From: an uncultured Planctomycetaceae bacterium
Lineage (GTDB): Bacteria > Planctomycetota > Phycisphaerae > SM23-33
Direction: 5' to 3'
Length of the DNA: 64,000 bases
NCBI GenBank assembly: GCA_964531695.1
Contig: CAZHEH010000004.1
Location: forward strand, 68,232 to 132,231
A program made the position numbers and the translations under genes. Below the pieces are notes generated by a model. It searched no databases, had not been told where the DNA came from, and was given only the letters and a program-made list of their open reading frames with translations. Positions 15,273 through 26,004 of the stretch are shown one piece after another (position 1 is the stretch's first letter; each line of letters opens with the position of its first letter).

Positions 15273-16970
15273 ATGACACCGCAAACGACAGACGCTCCGA
15301 AGTACGCCATGCCCGGCGCGATCGAGCTGCCGGACCGCCGATGGCCGTCCCGCACGCTCACGCGCAGCCCGCAGTGGTGCTCCGTCGACCTGCGCGACGG
15401 CAACCAGGCGCTGCCGAACCCGCTCGGGCCGGACGACAAGCTCGCGTACTTCGATCTCCTGCAACGGATCGGCTTCCGGCACATCGAGGTGTCGTTCCCC
15501 TCGGCCAGCCGGGACGACTTCGCCTTCACCCGCCGCCTGGTTGACGAGGACCGGGTGGGCGAAGACGTGTTCCTGATGGTCCTGACCCAATGCCGCGAGC
15601 AGCTCATCGAGCGGACGCTCGAGTCGGTCGCGGGCGCGCCTCGGGCGATCATCCACGCCTACTGCGCCGCCTCCGAGCTGCACCGCCGGCAGGTCTTCGA
15701 CACCTCGCGCGAGGAACTCCTGGCGATGGTCGATCGCAGCTTCCGGCAGATTCGCGCGGGAGCCGACGCCATGGCCCCCGCCGACGTCCGTGTGGAATTC
15801 TCGCCGGAGGAGTTCACCGACACGGACCCCGAGTTCTCGCTCGAGCTGTGCGAGACGGCCTTCGCCGCGTGGGGCAAGGCCACGCCCGAGCGACCGATGA
15901 TCCTGAACCTGCCGGCCACAGTCGAGCGCCGCCCACCGAATCAGTACGCGGACATGATCGAGTGGTTCTGCCGTCGTTTCAGCCGGCGAGACTGCGTGAC
16001 GATCTCCGTCCACGCGCACAACGACCAGGGCATGGCCGTGGCCGCCACGGAGCTGACCCTGCTGGCCGGGGCGGACCGCGTCGAGGGCGCCCTGTTCGGC
16101 CACGGGGAGCGGACGGGCAACGTGGACCTCGTCACGCTCGCGAACAACCTGTACGCCCGCGGCATCGAGACGGGGCTGGACTTCTCGAACCTGCCGGCGA
16201 TCGCCGCGGAGATCGAGCGGCTGACCGGCATGCCCGTCGCGCCGAGGCAGCCGTACGCCGGCGAGTACGTCTTCTGCGCGTTCTCCGGCTCGCACCAGGA
16301 CGCCATCCGCAAGGGAATGAACCGCTTGGGCGAGGCCCCCGGCAAGTTCGGCATGCGTTGGAAGGTGCCGTACCTGCACGTGGACCCGACCGACCTCGGA
16401 CGGAAGTACGAGGGGTTGATCCGCATCAACTCGCAGTCCGGCAAGGGCGGGGCCTCGTGGGTGCTGGAGCGCGACTTCAACCTCGAACCACCCCGCGCCA
16501 TGCAGCCGGAGATCGGCCGCGCCGTGCAGAGGTACTCCGACGAGGTCGGCCGCGAGATCACCAGCACCGAGGTCTACAAGGTGTTCGAGGAGGAGTTCGT
16601 GACGCCGGCCGGGCCGATCAAGCTGCTGGGCTACTGGCCCCGCCCGGATTACGTGGACCCGACGCACATCCATGGCGAGGTCCGCATCCGCCTCAACGGC
16701 GAGGAGAAGCGGCTGAGCGGCGACGGGAACGGCCCGATCTCGGCCTTCGTGCAAGCGATGCACGAGCTGGGCGCGGAACCGTTCAGCATCGACGACTACC
16801 ATGAGCAGGCGATCGGCCGCGGCGCCGACGCTCGGGCGGTCGCCTACGTGCCGCTTCGATTCGACTCGGGCGAGACGCTCTTCGGCGTCGGCATGGACAC
16901 GAACATCGACCAGGCGGCCGTGCGGGCCATCGTGGCGGGGCTGAACCGCAAGGTTCTGCAGGACGGCTGA
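15273..16970 (+). CDS. leuA: 2-isopropylmalate synthase
   Basis: WCSVDLRDGNQAL, HAHND and AFSGSHQDAI, plus the C-terminal regulatory domain (GNGPI). Confidence 0.96.
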   Translation: MTPQTTDAPKYAMPGAIELPDRRWPSRTLTRSPQWCSVDLRDGNQALPNPLGPDDKLAYFDLLQRIGFRHIEVSFPSASRDDFAFTRRLVDEDRVGEDVFLMVLTQCREQLIERTLESVAGAPRAIIHAYCAASELHRRQVFDTSREELLAMVDRSFRQIRAGADAMAPADVRVEFSPEEFTDTDPEFSLELCETAFAAWGKATPERPMILNLPATVERRPPNQYADMIEWFCRRFSRRDCVTISVHAHNDQGMAVAATELTLLAGADRVEGALFGHGERTGNVDLVTLANNLYARGIETGLDFSNLPAIAAEIERLTGMPVAPRQPYAGEYVFCAFSGSHQDAIRKGMNRLGEAPGKFGMRWKVPYLHVDPTDLGRKYEGLIRINSQSGKGGASWVLERDFNLEPPRAMQPEIGRAVQRYSDEVGREITSTEVYKVFEEEFVTPAGPIKLLGYWPRPDYVDPTHIHGEVRIRLNGEEKRLSGDGNGPISAFVQAMHELGAEPFSIDDYHEQAIGRGADARAVAYVPLRFDSGETLFGVGMDTNIDQAAVRAIVAGLNRKVLQDG

Positions 16971-16987
16971 GCCGCGCCGGGCCGGGC

Positions 16988-17016
16988 TTGCGTCCCGCGG
17001 CGCGGGCCGGTAGAGT
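16988..17016 (+). promoter_or_regulatory. sigma70 promoter of glyA-thiE
   Basis: TTGCGT-N17-TAGAGT. Confidence 0.65.
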
Positions 17017-17079
17017 ACCGGCTCGCCTTTACGCCGGGGAGGCGGCTATGCGCACCCGGCCGGCAGACGACAGGAGACG

Positions 17080-18348
17080 ATGTCCATGACGATCACGCGC
17101 CTTCAGGCCGTCGACCCCGAGATCGCACAGTGCGTCCAGGGCGAGATCGAACGGCAGTCGACCACGCTCGAGATGATCGCCTCGGAAAACCATGTGTCCC
17201 GAGCGGTGCTCGAGGCCATGGGCTCGATCCTCACCGACAAGTACGCCGAGGGCTACCCCGGCAAGCGGTACTACTGCGGCAACGAGAACGTGGACCGCAG
17301 CGAGACGATCTGCATCGAGCGGGCCAAGCAGCTCTTCGGGGCGGAGCACGCCAACGTCCAGCCGCATTCCGGCACGACGGCGAACCTCGCCGTGTATCTC
17401 GCCGCGCTGGAGCCGGGCGGGAAGATCATGGGCATGGATCTCGCCCACGGCGGACACCTGTCGCACGGCATGCGTCTCAACGCCTCCGGGCGGAACTACG
17501 ACTGCTCCAGCTACGGAGTCCGAGAGGACGACGAGACGATCGACATGGACGCCGTCCGCAAGCGTGTCGCCGAGGTCAAGCCCGACCTGCTGATCTGCGG
17601 GGCGTCGGCGTATCCCCGCGTGATCGACTTCCGGGCCTTCGCCGAGATCGCACACGAGGCGGGGGCGTTGCTGCTGGCGGACATTGCCCACATCGCCGGG
17701 CTCGTGGCCGCGGGCGTACATCCCTCGCCCCTGCCGCACGCCGACTTCGTAACGACGACGAACCACAAGACGCTCCGCGGCCCGCGCGGCGGCATCGTGC
17801 TGTGCAAGCAGGAGTGGGCCAAGAAGATCGACACGGCCGTGTTCCCGGGCCTCCAGGGCGGCCCGCTGGAGCACGTGATCGCGGCCAAGGCCGTCGCCTT
17901 CCAGGAGGCGATGCGTCCGGAGTTCAAGGAGTACGCGCAGGCGGTCGTCGACAACGCCAAGACCGTGGCCCGCGAACTGCAAGACCGCGGCTGGCGGCTC
18001 GTCTCCGGCGGCACGGACAACCACCTGCTGCTGATCGACCTGCGGAGCCGCCTGCCCGAAACGACCGGCCACGACGCGGCCGAGTGGCTGGCCCGCGCCG
18101 GCATCATCGCCAACAAGAACATGATCCCGTTCGATCCCCGCCCGCCGATGAAGACCTCGGGCATCCGCCTGGGCACCCCCGCGCTGACGTCGCGCGGGCT
18201 GGCCATGACGGAGATGAAGGTGGTGGCCGGGCTCATCGACCAGGTGCTCAAGTCGGAAGGCGACGCCACGACGATCGAGAAGGTCCGCGGCGAGGTCCGG
18301 CAGCTCTGCGAGCGCTTCCCCCTGCCGGCCGACGGCGACATGGCCTGA
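17080..18348 (+). CDS. glyA: Serine hydroxymethyltransferase
   Basis: [15 protein letters not shown] and [14 protein letters not shown]. Confidence 0.98.
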   Translation: MSMTITRLQAVDPEIAQCVQGEIERQSTTLEMIASENHVSRAVLEAMGSILTDKYAEGYPGKRYYCGNENVDRSETICIERAKQLFGAEHANVQPHSGTTANLAVYLAALEPGGKIMGMDLAHGGHLSHGMRLNASGRNYDCSSYGVREDDETIDMDAVRKRVAEVKPDLLICGASAYPRVIDFRAFAEIAHEAGALLLADIAHIAGLVAAGVHPSPLPHADFVTTTNHKTLRGPRGGIVLCKQEWAKKIDTAVFPGLQGGPLEHVIAAKAVAFQEAMRPEFKEYAQAVVDNAKTVARELQDRGWRLVSGGTDNHLLLIDLRSRLPETTGHDAAEWLARAGIIANKNMIPFDPRPPMKTSGIRLGTPALTSRGLAMTEMKVVAGLIDQVLKSEGDATTIEKVRGEVRQLCERFPLPADGDMA

Positions 18349-18364
18349 GTCCACGGAGCGACCG

Positions 18365-19399
18365 ATGCGCGAGGTCTATCGAATCCTGGACGCGAACTTC
18401 AACCGGGCCCGCGAGGCGCTGCGGGTCGCGGAGGACTGCGGGCGCTTCGCGATGAACGACCCGGCCGTCACTGCGATGGCCAAGCACATGCGGAGCGACC
18501 TCAAGGAAGTCCTCTCGCAGATGCCGCAGGATGAGATGATCACCTGCCGGGACACGCCGGGGGACATCGGCACGGAGATCACGAGCCCCACGGAGCCGAC
18601 GCGGACCGACCTTGCTGACGTCGTGCGGGCGGCCTGCAAGCGGCTGAGCGAGTCGCTGCGGACGATCGAGGAGTACGGAAAGTTCGTGGCTCCGGACAAG
18701 GTCCTGGTCATCGAGCGAATGCGCTACGAGGCGTACACGCTGGAGCAACGGTTGACCTCCCGGCTGCTGGTGGCGAACCGCTTCCGCGACGTGCGGCTCT
18801 ATGTGCTCGTCACGGAAACCGGCTGCCACGGCAGCGTGCGGGAGTTCGCCCGCGGCGCGATCACCGGCGGGGCCAACGCCCTCCAACTCCGCGAGAAGGA
18901 CCTGCCGGACGGCATGATGCTGGCCATCGCGGCCGAGTTGCGCGAGCTGACGGACGAGATGGGCCGGCTTCTGATCATCAACGACCGCGCCGACATCGCG
19001 GCCATCGTCAACGCCGACGGCGTGCACCTCGGCCAGCACGACCTGCCCATCGCCGAGGCGCGGCGGCTGCTGCGCCCGGGCGCGATCGTCGGTCGAAGCA
19101 CGCACTCCCTGGCCGAGGCCAAGGCCGCCGTCACCGAAGGCGCGGACTACCTCGGCGTCGGGCCCATGTTCGCCACGGAGACGAAAGACGCCGGCGCGCC
19201 CCAAGGCCCCGAGCTGTTCCGGCAGGTCGCCGAGGCGATCCAGGACGTTCCGCTTGTGGCCATCGGGGGAATCAACGCCGACAATGTCGGCCGGCTCGTC
19301 GAGGCCGGCTGCTCGTCCGTGGCGGTGTCCTCGGCCATCTGTAAGGCGGAGGACCCGAAGGCCGCCGCCCGTGCCATCCGCGAGCAACTGCCGGACTGA
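18365..19399 (+). CDS. thiE: Thiamine-phosphate synthase with an N-terminal ThiD2-type helical domain
   Basis: ILDANFNRAREALRVAED; QLREK, IINDR, GVHLGQ and GRSTH. Confidence 0.92.
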   Translation: MREVYRILDANFNRAREALRVAEDCGRFAMNDPAVTAMAKHMRSDLKEVLSQMPQDEMITCRDTPGDIGTEITSPTEPTRTDLADVVRAACKRLSESLRTIEEYGKFVAPDKVLVIERMRYEAYTLEQRLTSRLLVANRFRDVRLYVLVTETGCHGSVREFARGAITGGANALQLREKDLPDGMMLAIAAELRELTDEMGRLLIINDRADIAAIVNADGVHLGQHDLPIAEARRLLRPGAIVGRSTHSLAEAKAAVTEGADYLGVGPMFATETKDAGAPQGPELFRQVAEAIQDVPLVAIGGINADNVGRLVEAGCSSVAVSSAICKAEDPKAAARAIREQLPD

Positions 19400-19518
19400 C
19401 CGACCTTTCGGGCAGCGTCGCGACGGGCCGGGGACGTGCTTGGGCGCGCGGAGGACGCAAGGGCGTTCAAGCCGCCCGTGCCCCCCCGCAGGTCACCGCG
19501 TGCCCGCGCCGATGTCCC

Positions 19519-22500
19519 CTACCGGCCGGCCACCGCATCCGGCTTGGGCGTGATCGTCATCAGGCCGCTGCCCGAGATCGCCTCGATGAAAGGCGTGTAC
19601 ATCGCCTCGGCCGAGCTGGGCAGCACGCGGAACGTGCCGGGCTGCTCGCACACGAGCGTGTAGGTCAGCTCTCGCTCGCCCTTGGGCACCCAGCTCGCGA
19701 AGAACGCCACCTTCGTGTCCCGCAGCTCCATGTTGGCGTACATGCCGTCGCCGTACGCCGAGCCGCTGACCAACCGGAACGGCTCGCAGCCGGAGGGCTT
19801 GGGATCCTCGAACACGACGTATTCCAGGTTCTCGTCCGCCTCGATGGTCAGCTTGACCTCCACCCGCTGGCCCGTCGTGATTTCCGCGCCGAACTCCAGC
19901 GGCTCCCGGTTGTAGCGCAGATCCGGGAACTTCTCGGTCACGACCTTGCCGTTCTTCCACACCTGCCGCGTGTTCTCGAACTCCTCGGGCACGAGGCGGA
20001 AGTACTCGCGCGTGACGGCGATCCGGTGCCCGGCCGGCTCGATGACCTCCGCCTTGTCGAAGTACCGCAGGTGCCCGCCCCAGTACAGGTTGCCCTTGCC
20101 GGAACGGCGGATCTCGACGGTGTGCTCTCCGGGCGGCAAGGCCCCGGCCGGGATGACCGCGCGGCTCGGGAAGGTGAACAGGTTGTCCTTTCGGACGCGA
20201 ACCTCGTGCACCTTGCGCCCGTCGACGAGCACGGTGTACGTCTGGTCGCAGTCCAGCTCGCCTGCCTTGCGGGCGTAGCGGGCCAGGGCGTAGACCGCCA
20301 TGGCCGTGCCCTTCGTGTTGTGCCAGTACACGCCGCGGCGGTTCTGCACGAGCCAGTTGGCCGCCATCGGCACGTGCTCGTGGTCGGGGTCCACCGTCAG
20401 CATCGCCTGGAGCACCCAGGCGGTCGTCTCCGTCGCGCCCTGGTACCAGTACCACCAGCCGCCGGTGTCGCCCCAATGGGCGACGCCCTGGGCCTCGTCG
20501 ACCGTCACGGTGTTCTGGAAGTTCTCGACGATCGTCCGGGCCTCGCCATTGCGCTCGGCCGAGTGCAGGGCCAGGGCCAAGTACGCCCGGCCGTAGTCGG
20601 TCATGCGGTCACGCGCCTTGAACAGCCGGTCCAACTCGGCCGTGAGCTTCTCGTTCTTCGCCCAGGCATTGCCACGGGCCCGCCCGATCACGTAGTGCAT
20701 GAATGCCCGCGTGTTGTCGTTGTAGGTGTGCCGCCACCACCAGTTGGGCCGCTCGCCCGCCTCCAGCGGCGGCCGTGCGGCCCGCTCGACGAGCCAGTCG
20801 GCGGCCCGGTTGATCATGCCATCCGCCACGTGGACATCCACTTGCTGGGCCTCGACCAGTCCGAACGTGACGTAGGCCGTCATGTACGGGTCGCTCGAGC
20901 CGTGCCGCCACCAGCCCCAGCCGCCGTCGCCGTGCTGGAAGCCCTTCAGCCGGTTCAGCCCGTCGGCGATCATCTTCTCGACCTCGCGCTCGGAGTAGAC
21001 CGGGTTGCGGCCCATCCGCTTGCGGATGAAGGCGTAGCGGGCCTTGAGCTTGGGGTCGGCCGCGCTGCGGTCCTCGACCATCTCGCGGATGTCGTCCAGG
21101 TCCACGCCCGCGGCGTCCAGCGTCTGCCGAACGACGACGGTCGGGAGGAAGCGGCTCATCGTCTGCTCCGTGCACCCGTACGGGTAGCGGGCGAGGTACG
21201 GCAGCGCGTCCATCGCCACGGCCGCCAGGGACGGCTTCAGCGTAACGGTCAGCGACTGCGAGCCCTCGCCGATCGCCTCCGGCACGGTGATGTTGAAGCG
21301 GACGTTGTCGTCGCCGGCGCCGGTCATCGCGCCGCTCCGGCCGATGAGCTTGGATGCGCCCCAGGGGACGATGGGCTTGGTCCGCTCGTACGCGTCGCTC
21401 TCGCGGGCGCCCAGCGCGCGGGCCGTGAGCTTAACGTCGCCCGGCCGGGCCGCGGTAGTCTTGAAGTCCACGCGAACCTCCCCACCGGCCGCGACCGTCA
21501 CGTCGAGGGGCTGGCCGGAGTCGTAGTCCCGCCACTCGCCCTCGACCTTCGCCTGCCGCAGCGTCAGCTCGCCGCCCAGTCCCTCGCTCTTGAGGTCCAG
21601 GCGGAGCTGCTGGGGCTCGTCGTAGTAGTTGTGGGCGATGAGCGTGACGTAGCTGTGGTCGCCCTCGGTGAAGAACCGTCCGCTCTCCAGCCGGACGATA
21701 ACCCGCTTGGTGGTGATCACGTCCGTCCGCGTCTGTCCGACGCGGGTGTCCTTGTCCACCGCAATGGCGTGCAAGGCGAACGTCGTGAGCTGGTCGGGCA
21801 TGGTGACGGGAACCTCGGCCATGCCGTCGGCGTCCGTCTCTACCGCGCCGGCCCACAGGACCGTGTCCCGGAACTCCTTGCGGACCATGGGCTCGACAAG
21901 CCCGCTGCCCTCGTCATCCATACTTCTACCCTTGGCCATGGGGCGGCCAGCCGGGGCTGGCGCTGCCGCGTCGGCCTCCTTTATCGCCTCGCGCATCTGG
22001 CGCATCGCGACCCCATCAACAAGGCGGGGGACCGGACCGCGAAAGCCGGTCCCCCGCCCCCCCGGCCAGCCCGCCAGGCGTGCCGGACCGTAGTAGCTGT
22101 CCATCGTGGAGACACGCGTGTGCCGCACGAAGCCGTAGAACGACTTCTCGATCTGCTCGCGGAACTCCGGCTGGATGTAGTAGACGCTCGAGTCGACCAT
22201 CATCAGGGCGACCTGCCCGACGACGGGCTTACCCGTGCGGCGGTCGGTCAGCTTGACCTGAACGGGGGCCTCCTCCCGCGGCTGGTACTTCGCATCCTCG
22301 CCTCCGCCCTTGGAGCCCTTGCCGACCTGGACCTCCACGTCCAGGAACCGGTGCGTCGGCGGCACGACGATCTGCTTGGCGTCCCGGTAGACCTTCTCGT
22401 CGCGCAGCATCGTCGCGGTCAGCGTGAAGTTCGGGCACAGCGACTTGTCCACGTCGATCTCGACGAGCTTGGAGTTCTTCTCCACGTGCACGACGCGATG

Positions 22501-25317
22501 GAACAGCAGGTCGTCCGCCTCGCCGGTCAGCAATACGCGGCTGTTCTCCCGGCTGGTGTTGACGAGGACCCGCATCGTCTCGCCGATCTCGTACTGGTCG
22601 GACGCAGGAACGATCCGGAGCAGGTTGTAGGCGTAGTTCGCCTCGGCGCCGGTCTTGCTGGCGACCCACAGTTCGCACGTGCCCTCGACCGGCTTGGGAT
22701 CCGCGCCCAGTTCGCCCTCGGGCCGAATCTCCCGGAGCGTCACACGGAAGCGACCGGTCATGTCCGGGGTGAAGCGGAACCGCGCCCGCCCGTTCTCGTC
22801 GACCTGGACGTCGCCCTCGTGGACCTTCTCCGCCAGCCGCTCCTCCCAGATGACCTTCTGGTTCCCGGCCTCGTCTTCTTCCACCTGCCGAATCCGCTCG
22901 ATCCGGCGGACCTCGGCCCGGAAGCCCGCCATCACCGGCTGGCCGGAGGGGTTCTCTGCGCGGACCTTGACCTCGACGCTGTCGCCCGGCCCATACACAT
23001 GCCGCGCCGGCTCGCAGTAGACGAAGAACGGTGCGTGCGTCACCTTCACCGAGCCCGTCGAGCGGATCACGCGGCGGGACGCGTCGGTCACCTCGGCCTG
23101 CACGGCGAACTGGAGATCCAGCTTCTCGTGGCCCTCGATCGGCTCGGCCTCGACCGTCACGAACGCCTCGCCCTCATCGTTCATCTGGGCCGTGCCGCGG
23201 GCGACCAGCTCGTCGAAGCGCGGACCCCACCCGTGGTGGCGGTACCGGCTGCCGCTGAGTTCAGCCCAGTACCAATGCCACGGGCGGGGCCAGTAGTAGT
23301 TGTGGTTATAGCTCTGCTTGCGGACGGTGAAGCTGACCTCGCCGCCGGAGACCGGCTGTCCGTAGTAGTAGTCGGCCGAGATCTTGATGCGGACCTCGTC
23401 GCCCACGCGGTAGTCCGGCCGGTCGGGCTCGACGGACACCTTGAACTCCGGCTTCTTGTACTCCTCGACGCGGAAGCGGTTGCCCGGCATGTACCAGTGG
23501 TGAACGTCGTGCCCCTGGACGTTGAGCTGGATGCGGTACACGCCCAGCGGCGGCTGCTCGCCGATGGCAAGCGAGCCGGTCAGGGCACCGTACTCGTCCG
23601 TGACGTGCTCCTTGGAGTAGATTGTCTCGCCCTTCGGGTTGATGACCTTGACCCGTACCTTTTTGCCGGCGACGTTGTGGTACACGCCGTCCTGCATGTG
23701 ACGGATGACCTGCTTGAAGTGCACCGTCTGGCCCGGTCGGTACACCGGCCGTGCCGTGAAGCCGTAGACTTTGTACGGCTCGCGCCAGCCCCACCAGTGC
23801 CAGTGGTAGCCCCCGTGGCCAGTGATCGCCTGGTGCTTGCCGTCGCGGACGGCCGCGATCCAGTTGCACGACGGCACACGGGGCAGCTCGAGCTCGGCCA
23901 GTCCGGCGTCGTTCGTCTTCCCCGAGGCGAGGCGGCCCTTATCGCCGCGGTCGCGCACGACGGTCACGGCCGCGGCGCCGGCCGGCTCGCCCGTGTCGGC
24001 GTCGGCGACGAACAGCAGCGCCTGATCCGCGTCCATCTTGGCCACGGCCGCGAGCTTGGACACGACGACGAGGCACGTCGCCTTCTCGCTCTTGCCGTCA
24101 GGGTTGGCGCCCTCGGCCGTGATGAGCCAGGCACCGGGCCCTTCAACCGGCGGGCGGATGGGAACCGTTGTCTGCTTCTCGCGGTCGGGCGCGTTCTGAT
24201 GCCACTGGTGCTTGCCCTCATCGGGGGTATCGAAGGTCCACGTATGCTCCGGCTCGCCCGCCGCCGGTGTCATCTCCCGCACGGCCCTGTGCGGGTCCTT
24301 GACGCGCTTCAGCGCCTCGGGCAAATCGATCGGTCGGGCCGTCAGGCGGAGCCGATCGATGTTCCGCACCTGCCAGCGGACGGCGAGCTCGTCGTCCGGC
24401 AGGAAGGCGCCCTTGACCGCCAAGGTAACCTGGGGGCGCTTGATGGCCTCGATCTCATCCTTCGCGCGCCCGATCCATTCCTTCGCCTTGGGGAAGCTCT
24501 CGCGGACCTTCTCGAAGGCGGCGATCGCCTCCGTGTACCGTCCGAAGTTGCGGCAAACATGCCCGACGGCGAACTGCGAGGCGGCCGCCTGCTCGAGCTT
24601 GGGGAAATCCTCGGCGCAGCGGCGGAACAGCTCGATGCCCTTCGAGGCCGCCTCCCAGTCGCCCAGCTCGCTCACTCGCTGCCCGGCCGTGTAAAGCGCT
24701 TGCGCCCGCGTGAGGTCCTTGGCGCCGTCCAGCTCGGCAACATGCTCGTAGATCTCCGCGGCCTTGAGCACGTGATGCCGCCTGCGCTGCTGCCAGTGCC
24801 ACGGCTCGCCGGCTTCCTTCTGCTGGGCGGGCTGGGGCAGCCAGTAGCTGTGGAGCAGCATCTCGGCCGCCTTCAGGTACGCCTGGGCCGCCTCTTGGTC
24901 GGAATCCGCCTTCTCCAGGACTTCCCCCGCCGCCTTGTAGTGCTCGAAGGCCTTGTCCCGGGGGCCGCGGCGTTCCTGGCACCAGGCCAGCGCCAGCAGG
25001 AACTCGGCGTCCTCGGCCAACTCCGGGTGGTCTTCCATCAGGGTGGCGGCGAACTCGCGCCCGTCCTTGTCCGGCAGGCGGCACGTGCTCATCGCCTTGA
25101 GCCGCTTGGCGGCGAAGAGCGTGTCCTCGTCCGGGTCGGAGGCGATGACCTCTTCGGCCAGCTTCATGGCGTCCCGGTAGTTGTGCCGCTCGTAGGCCTT
25201 CTCGGCTTCGCTTAGCGTACCGTCGGCGACGGCGACGCCCACCAGGATGAACGCGGCGAGCAGGCACAGGGCCAAGCCGTAGCCCGGCCGTCCGTGGGTC
25301 GAGTGGGTGCGGGACAT
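19519..25317 (-). CDS. Alpha-2-macroglobulin family protein with an N-terminal TPR region
   Basis: 1932 aa with a signal peptide; MG motifs (YRPGQTV, FRVEEYKKPEF, VRKEFRDT, PDQLTTF) and the thioester motif YPYGCTEQ. Confidence 0.93.
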   Translation of the reverse strand: MSRTHSTHGRPGYGLALCLLAAFILVGVAVADGTLSEAEKAYERHNYRDAMKLAEEVIASDPDEDTLFAAKRLKAMSTCRLPDKDGREFAATLMEDHPELAEDAEFLLALAWCQERRGPRDKAFEHYKAAGEVLEKADSDQEAAQAYLKAAEMLLHSYWLPQPAQQKEAGEPWHWQQRRRHHVLKAAEIYEHVAELDGAKDLTRAQALYTAGQRVSELGDWEAASKGIELFRRCAEDFPKLEQAAASQFAVGHVCRNFGRYTEAIAAFEKVRESFPKAKEWIGRAKDEIEAIKRPQVTLAVKGAFLPDDELAVRWQVRNIDRLRLTARPIDLPEALKRVKDPHRAVREMTPAAGEPEHTWTFDTPDEGKHQWHQNAPDREKQTTVPIRPPVEGPGAWLITAEGANPDGKSEKATCLVVVSKLAAVAKMDADQALLFVADADTGEPAGAAAVTVVRDRGDKGRLASGKTNDAGLAELELPRVPSCNWIAAVRDGKHQAITGHGGYHWHWWGWREPYKVYGFTARPVYRPGQTVHFKQVIRHMQDGVYHNVAGKKVRVKVINPKGETIYSKEHVTDEYGALTGSLAIGEQPPLGVYRIQLNVQGHDVHHWYMPGNRFRVEEYKKPEFKVSVEPDRPDYRVGDEVRIKISADYYYGQPVSGGEVSFTVRKQSYNHNYYWPRPWHWYWAELSGSRYRHHGWGPRFDELVARGTAQMNDEGEAFVTVEAEPIEGHEKLDLQFAVQAEVTDASRRVIRSTGSVKVTHAPFFVYCEPARHVYGPGDSVEVKVRAENPSGQPVMAGFRAEVRRIERIRQVEEDEAGNQKVIWEERLAEKVHEGDVQVDENGRARFRFTPDMTGRFRVTLREIRPEGELGADPKPVEGTCELWVASKTGAEANYAYNLLRIVPASDQYEIGETMRVLVNTSRENSRVLLTGEADDLLFHRVVHVEKNSKLVEIDVDKSLCPNFTLTATMLRDEKVYRDAKQIVVPPTHRFLDVEVQVGKGSKGGGEDAKYQPREEAPVQVKLTDRRTGKPVVGQVALMMVDSSVYYIQPEFREQIEKSFYGFVRHTRVSTMDSYYGPARLAGWPGGRGTGFRGPVPRLVDGVAMRQMREAIKEADAAAPAPAGRPMAKGRSMDDEGSGLVEPMVRKEFRDTVLWAGAVETDADGMAEVPVTMPDQLTTFALHAIAVDKDTRVGQTRTDVITTKRVIVRLESGRFFTEGDHSYVTLIAHNYYDEPQQLRLDLKSEGLGGELTLRQAKVEGEWRDYDSGQPLDVTVAAGGEVRVDFKTTAARPGDVKLTARALGARESDAYERTKPIVPWGASKLIGRSGAMTGAGDDNVRFNITVPEAIGEGSQSLTVTLKPSLAAVAMDALPYLARYPYGCTEQTMSRFLPTVVVRQTLDAAGVDLDDIREMVEDRSAADPKLKARYAFIRKRMGRNPVYSEREVEKMIADGLNRLKGFQHGDGGWGWWRHGSSDPYMTAYVTFGLVEAQQVDVHVADGMINRAADWLVERAARPPLEAGERPNWWWRHTYNDNTRAFMHYVIGRARGNAWAKNEKLTAELDRLFKARDRMTDYGRAYLALALHSAERNGEARTIVENFQNTVTVDEAQGVAHWGDTGGWWYWYQGATETTAWVLQAMLTVDPDHEHVPMAANWLVQNRRGVYWHNTKGTAMAVYALARYARKAGELDCDQTYTVLVDGRKVHEVRVRKDNLFTFPSRAVIPAGALPPGEHTVEIRRSGKGNLYWGGHLRYFDKAEVIEPAGHRIAVTREYFRLVPEEFENTRQVWKNGKVVTEKFPDLRYNREPLEFGAEITTGQRVEVKLTIEADENLEYVVFEDPKPSGCEPFRLVSGSAYGDGMYANMELRDTKVAFFASWVPKGERELTYTLVCEQPGTFRVLPSSAEAMYTPFIEAISGSGLMTITPKPDAVAGR

Positions 25318-25407
25318 CGGCGTTCCTTTCCTCGGGCCGGGGCATGTGCCGACCCGATCTCGTACGGGGAGTTGGACGCCATCAGGCGCTGAAAGTTCCC
25401 GCCTTCA

Positions 25408-25564
25408 GCGTAGCAGCCGTTGGCGTAAGAGACAACGTGCCCCTGAATAGAAGTGGGCGGCCCACGTGCCGCGGCGCGCGGGGGGGGACGCACCACAGTC
25501 GTCGCGGGCCGCCCATGTAATACCGCGTATCCGGGTCAGGCCGGTCGTGTCGTCGGTTGTTTGC
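25408..25564 (+). ncRNA. Candidate 6S-like structured RNA
   Basis: Long rod: 25408-19/25554-64, CCTGA 25442-46/TCAGG 25536-40, an asymmetric bubble, and TGGGCGGCCC 25454-63/GGGCCGCCCA 25506-15. G-U pairs favour the + strand. Confidence 0.45.
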
Positions 25565-25596
25565 AGCAGTCTCCCGCTGCGGGGACAACGGTCTCT

Positions 25597-26004
25597 CTAG
25601 TCACCCCTCCGTTGTTGATGGAAGTACTCATTACGGTCCGTGCCGCATTTCGGGCAGACTTCGCGATATTGCTCCTCCTCCGGCGACGGTGCCTCATACC
25701 TTCTGTGCCGCCTGTGTAGCTTGGTCTGCTCCGACACATACCAGTGCTTGCACTTCGGGCACTGGGTCATAGCCCAGCCCGCCTTCTCGCCGCAATTCGG
25801 GCACTCCAGGGCTTCCATGCCCTCCACCTCCGCGGCGACCTCTTTCGGCGACAACTCCCATTCATGCCCACACGCGTCACAGTGATACCTTCTCAGGCCC
25901 TCACTGCCCGTTTTCGCTCCGTCTCCGCCAAACACGCTGACGGCGGTGATGACGAGGGCGGCGACAATGATGAGGCCGAGCACACCGATCATGAGGAATT
26001 CCAT
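25597..26004 (-). CDS. Membrane-anchored double zinc-ribbon protein
   Basis: N-terminal TM helix and four CxxC motifs (CDAC, CPNC, CPKC, CPKC); start trimmed to MEFLM. Confidence 0.7.
   Translation of the reverse strand: MEFLMIGVLGLIIVAALVITAVSVFGGDGAKTGSEGLRRYHCDACGHEWELSPKEVAAEVEGMEALECPNCGEKAGWAMTQCPKCKHWYVSEQTKLHRRHRRYEAPSPEEEQYREVCPKCGTDRNEYFHQQRRGD

Noticed and set aside
20026-25215. 1729-aa + strand ORF
   Set aside because: Antisense shadow of the A2M gene caused by high GC3 bias; no recognisable motifs.
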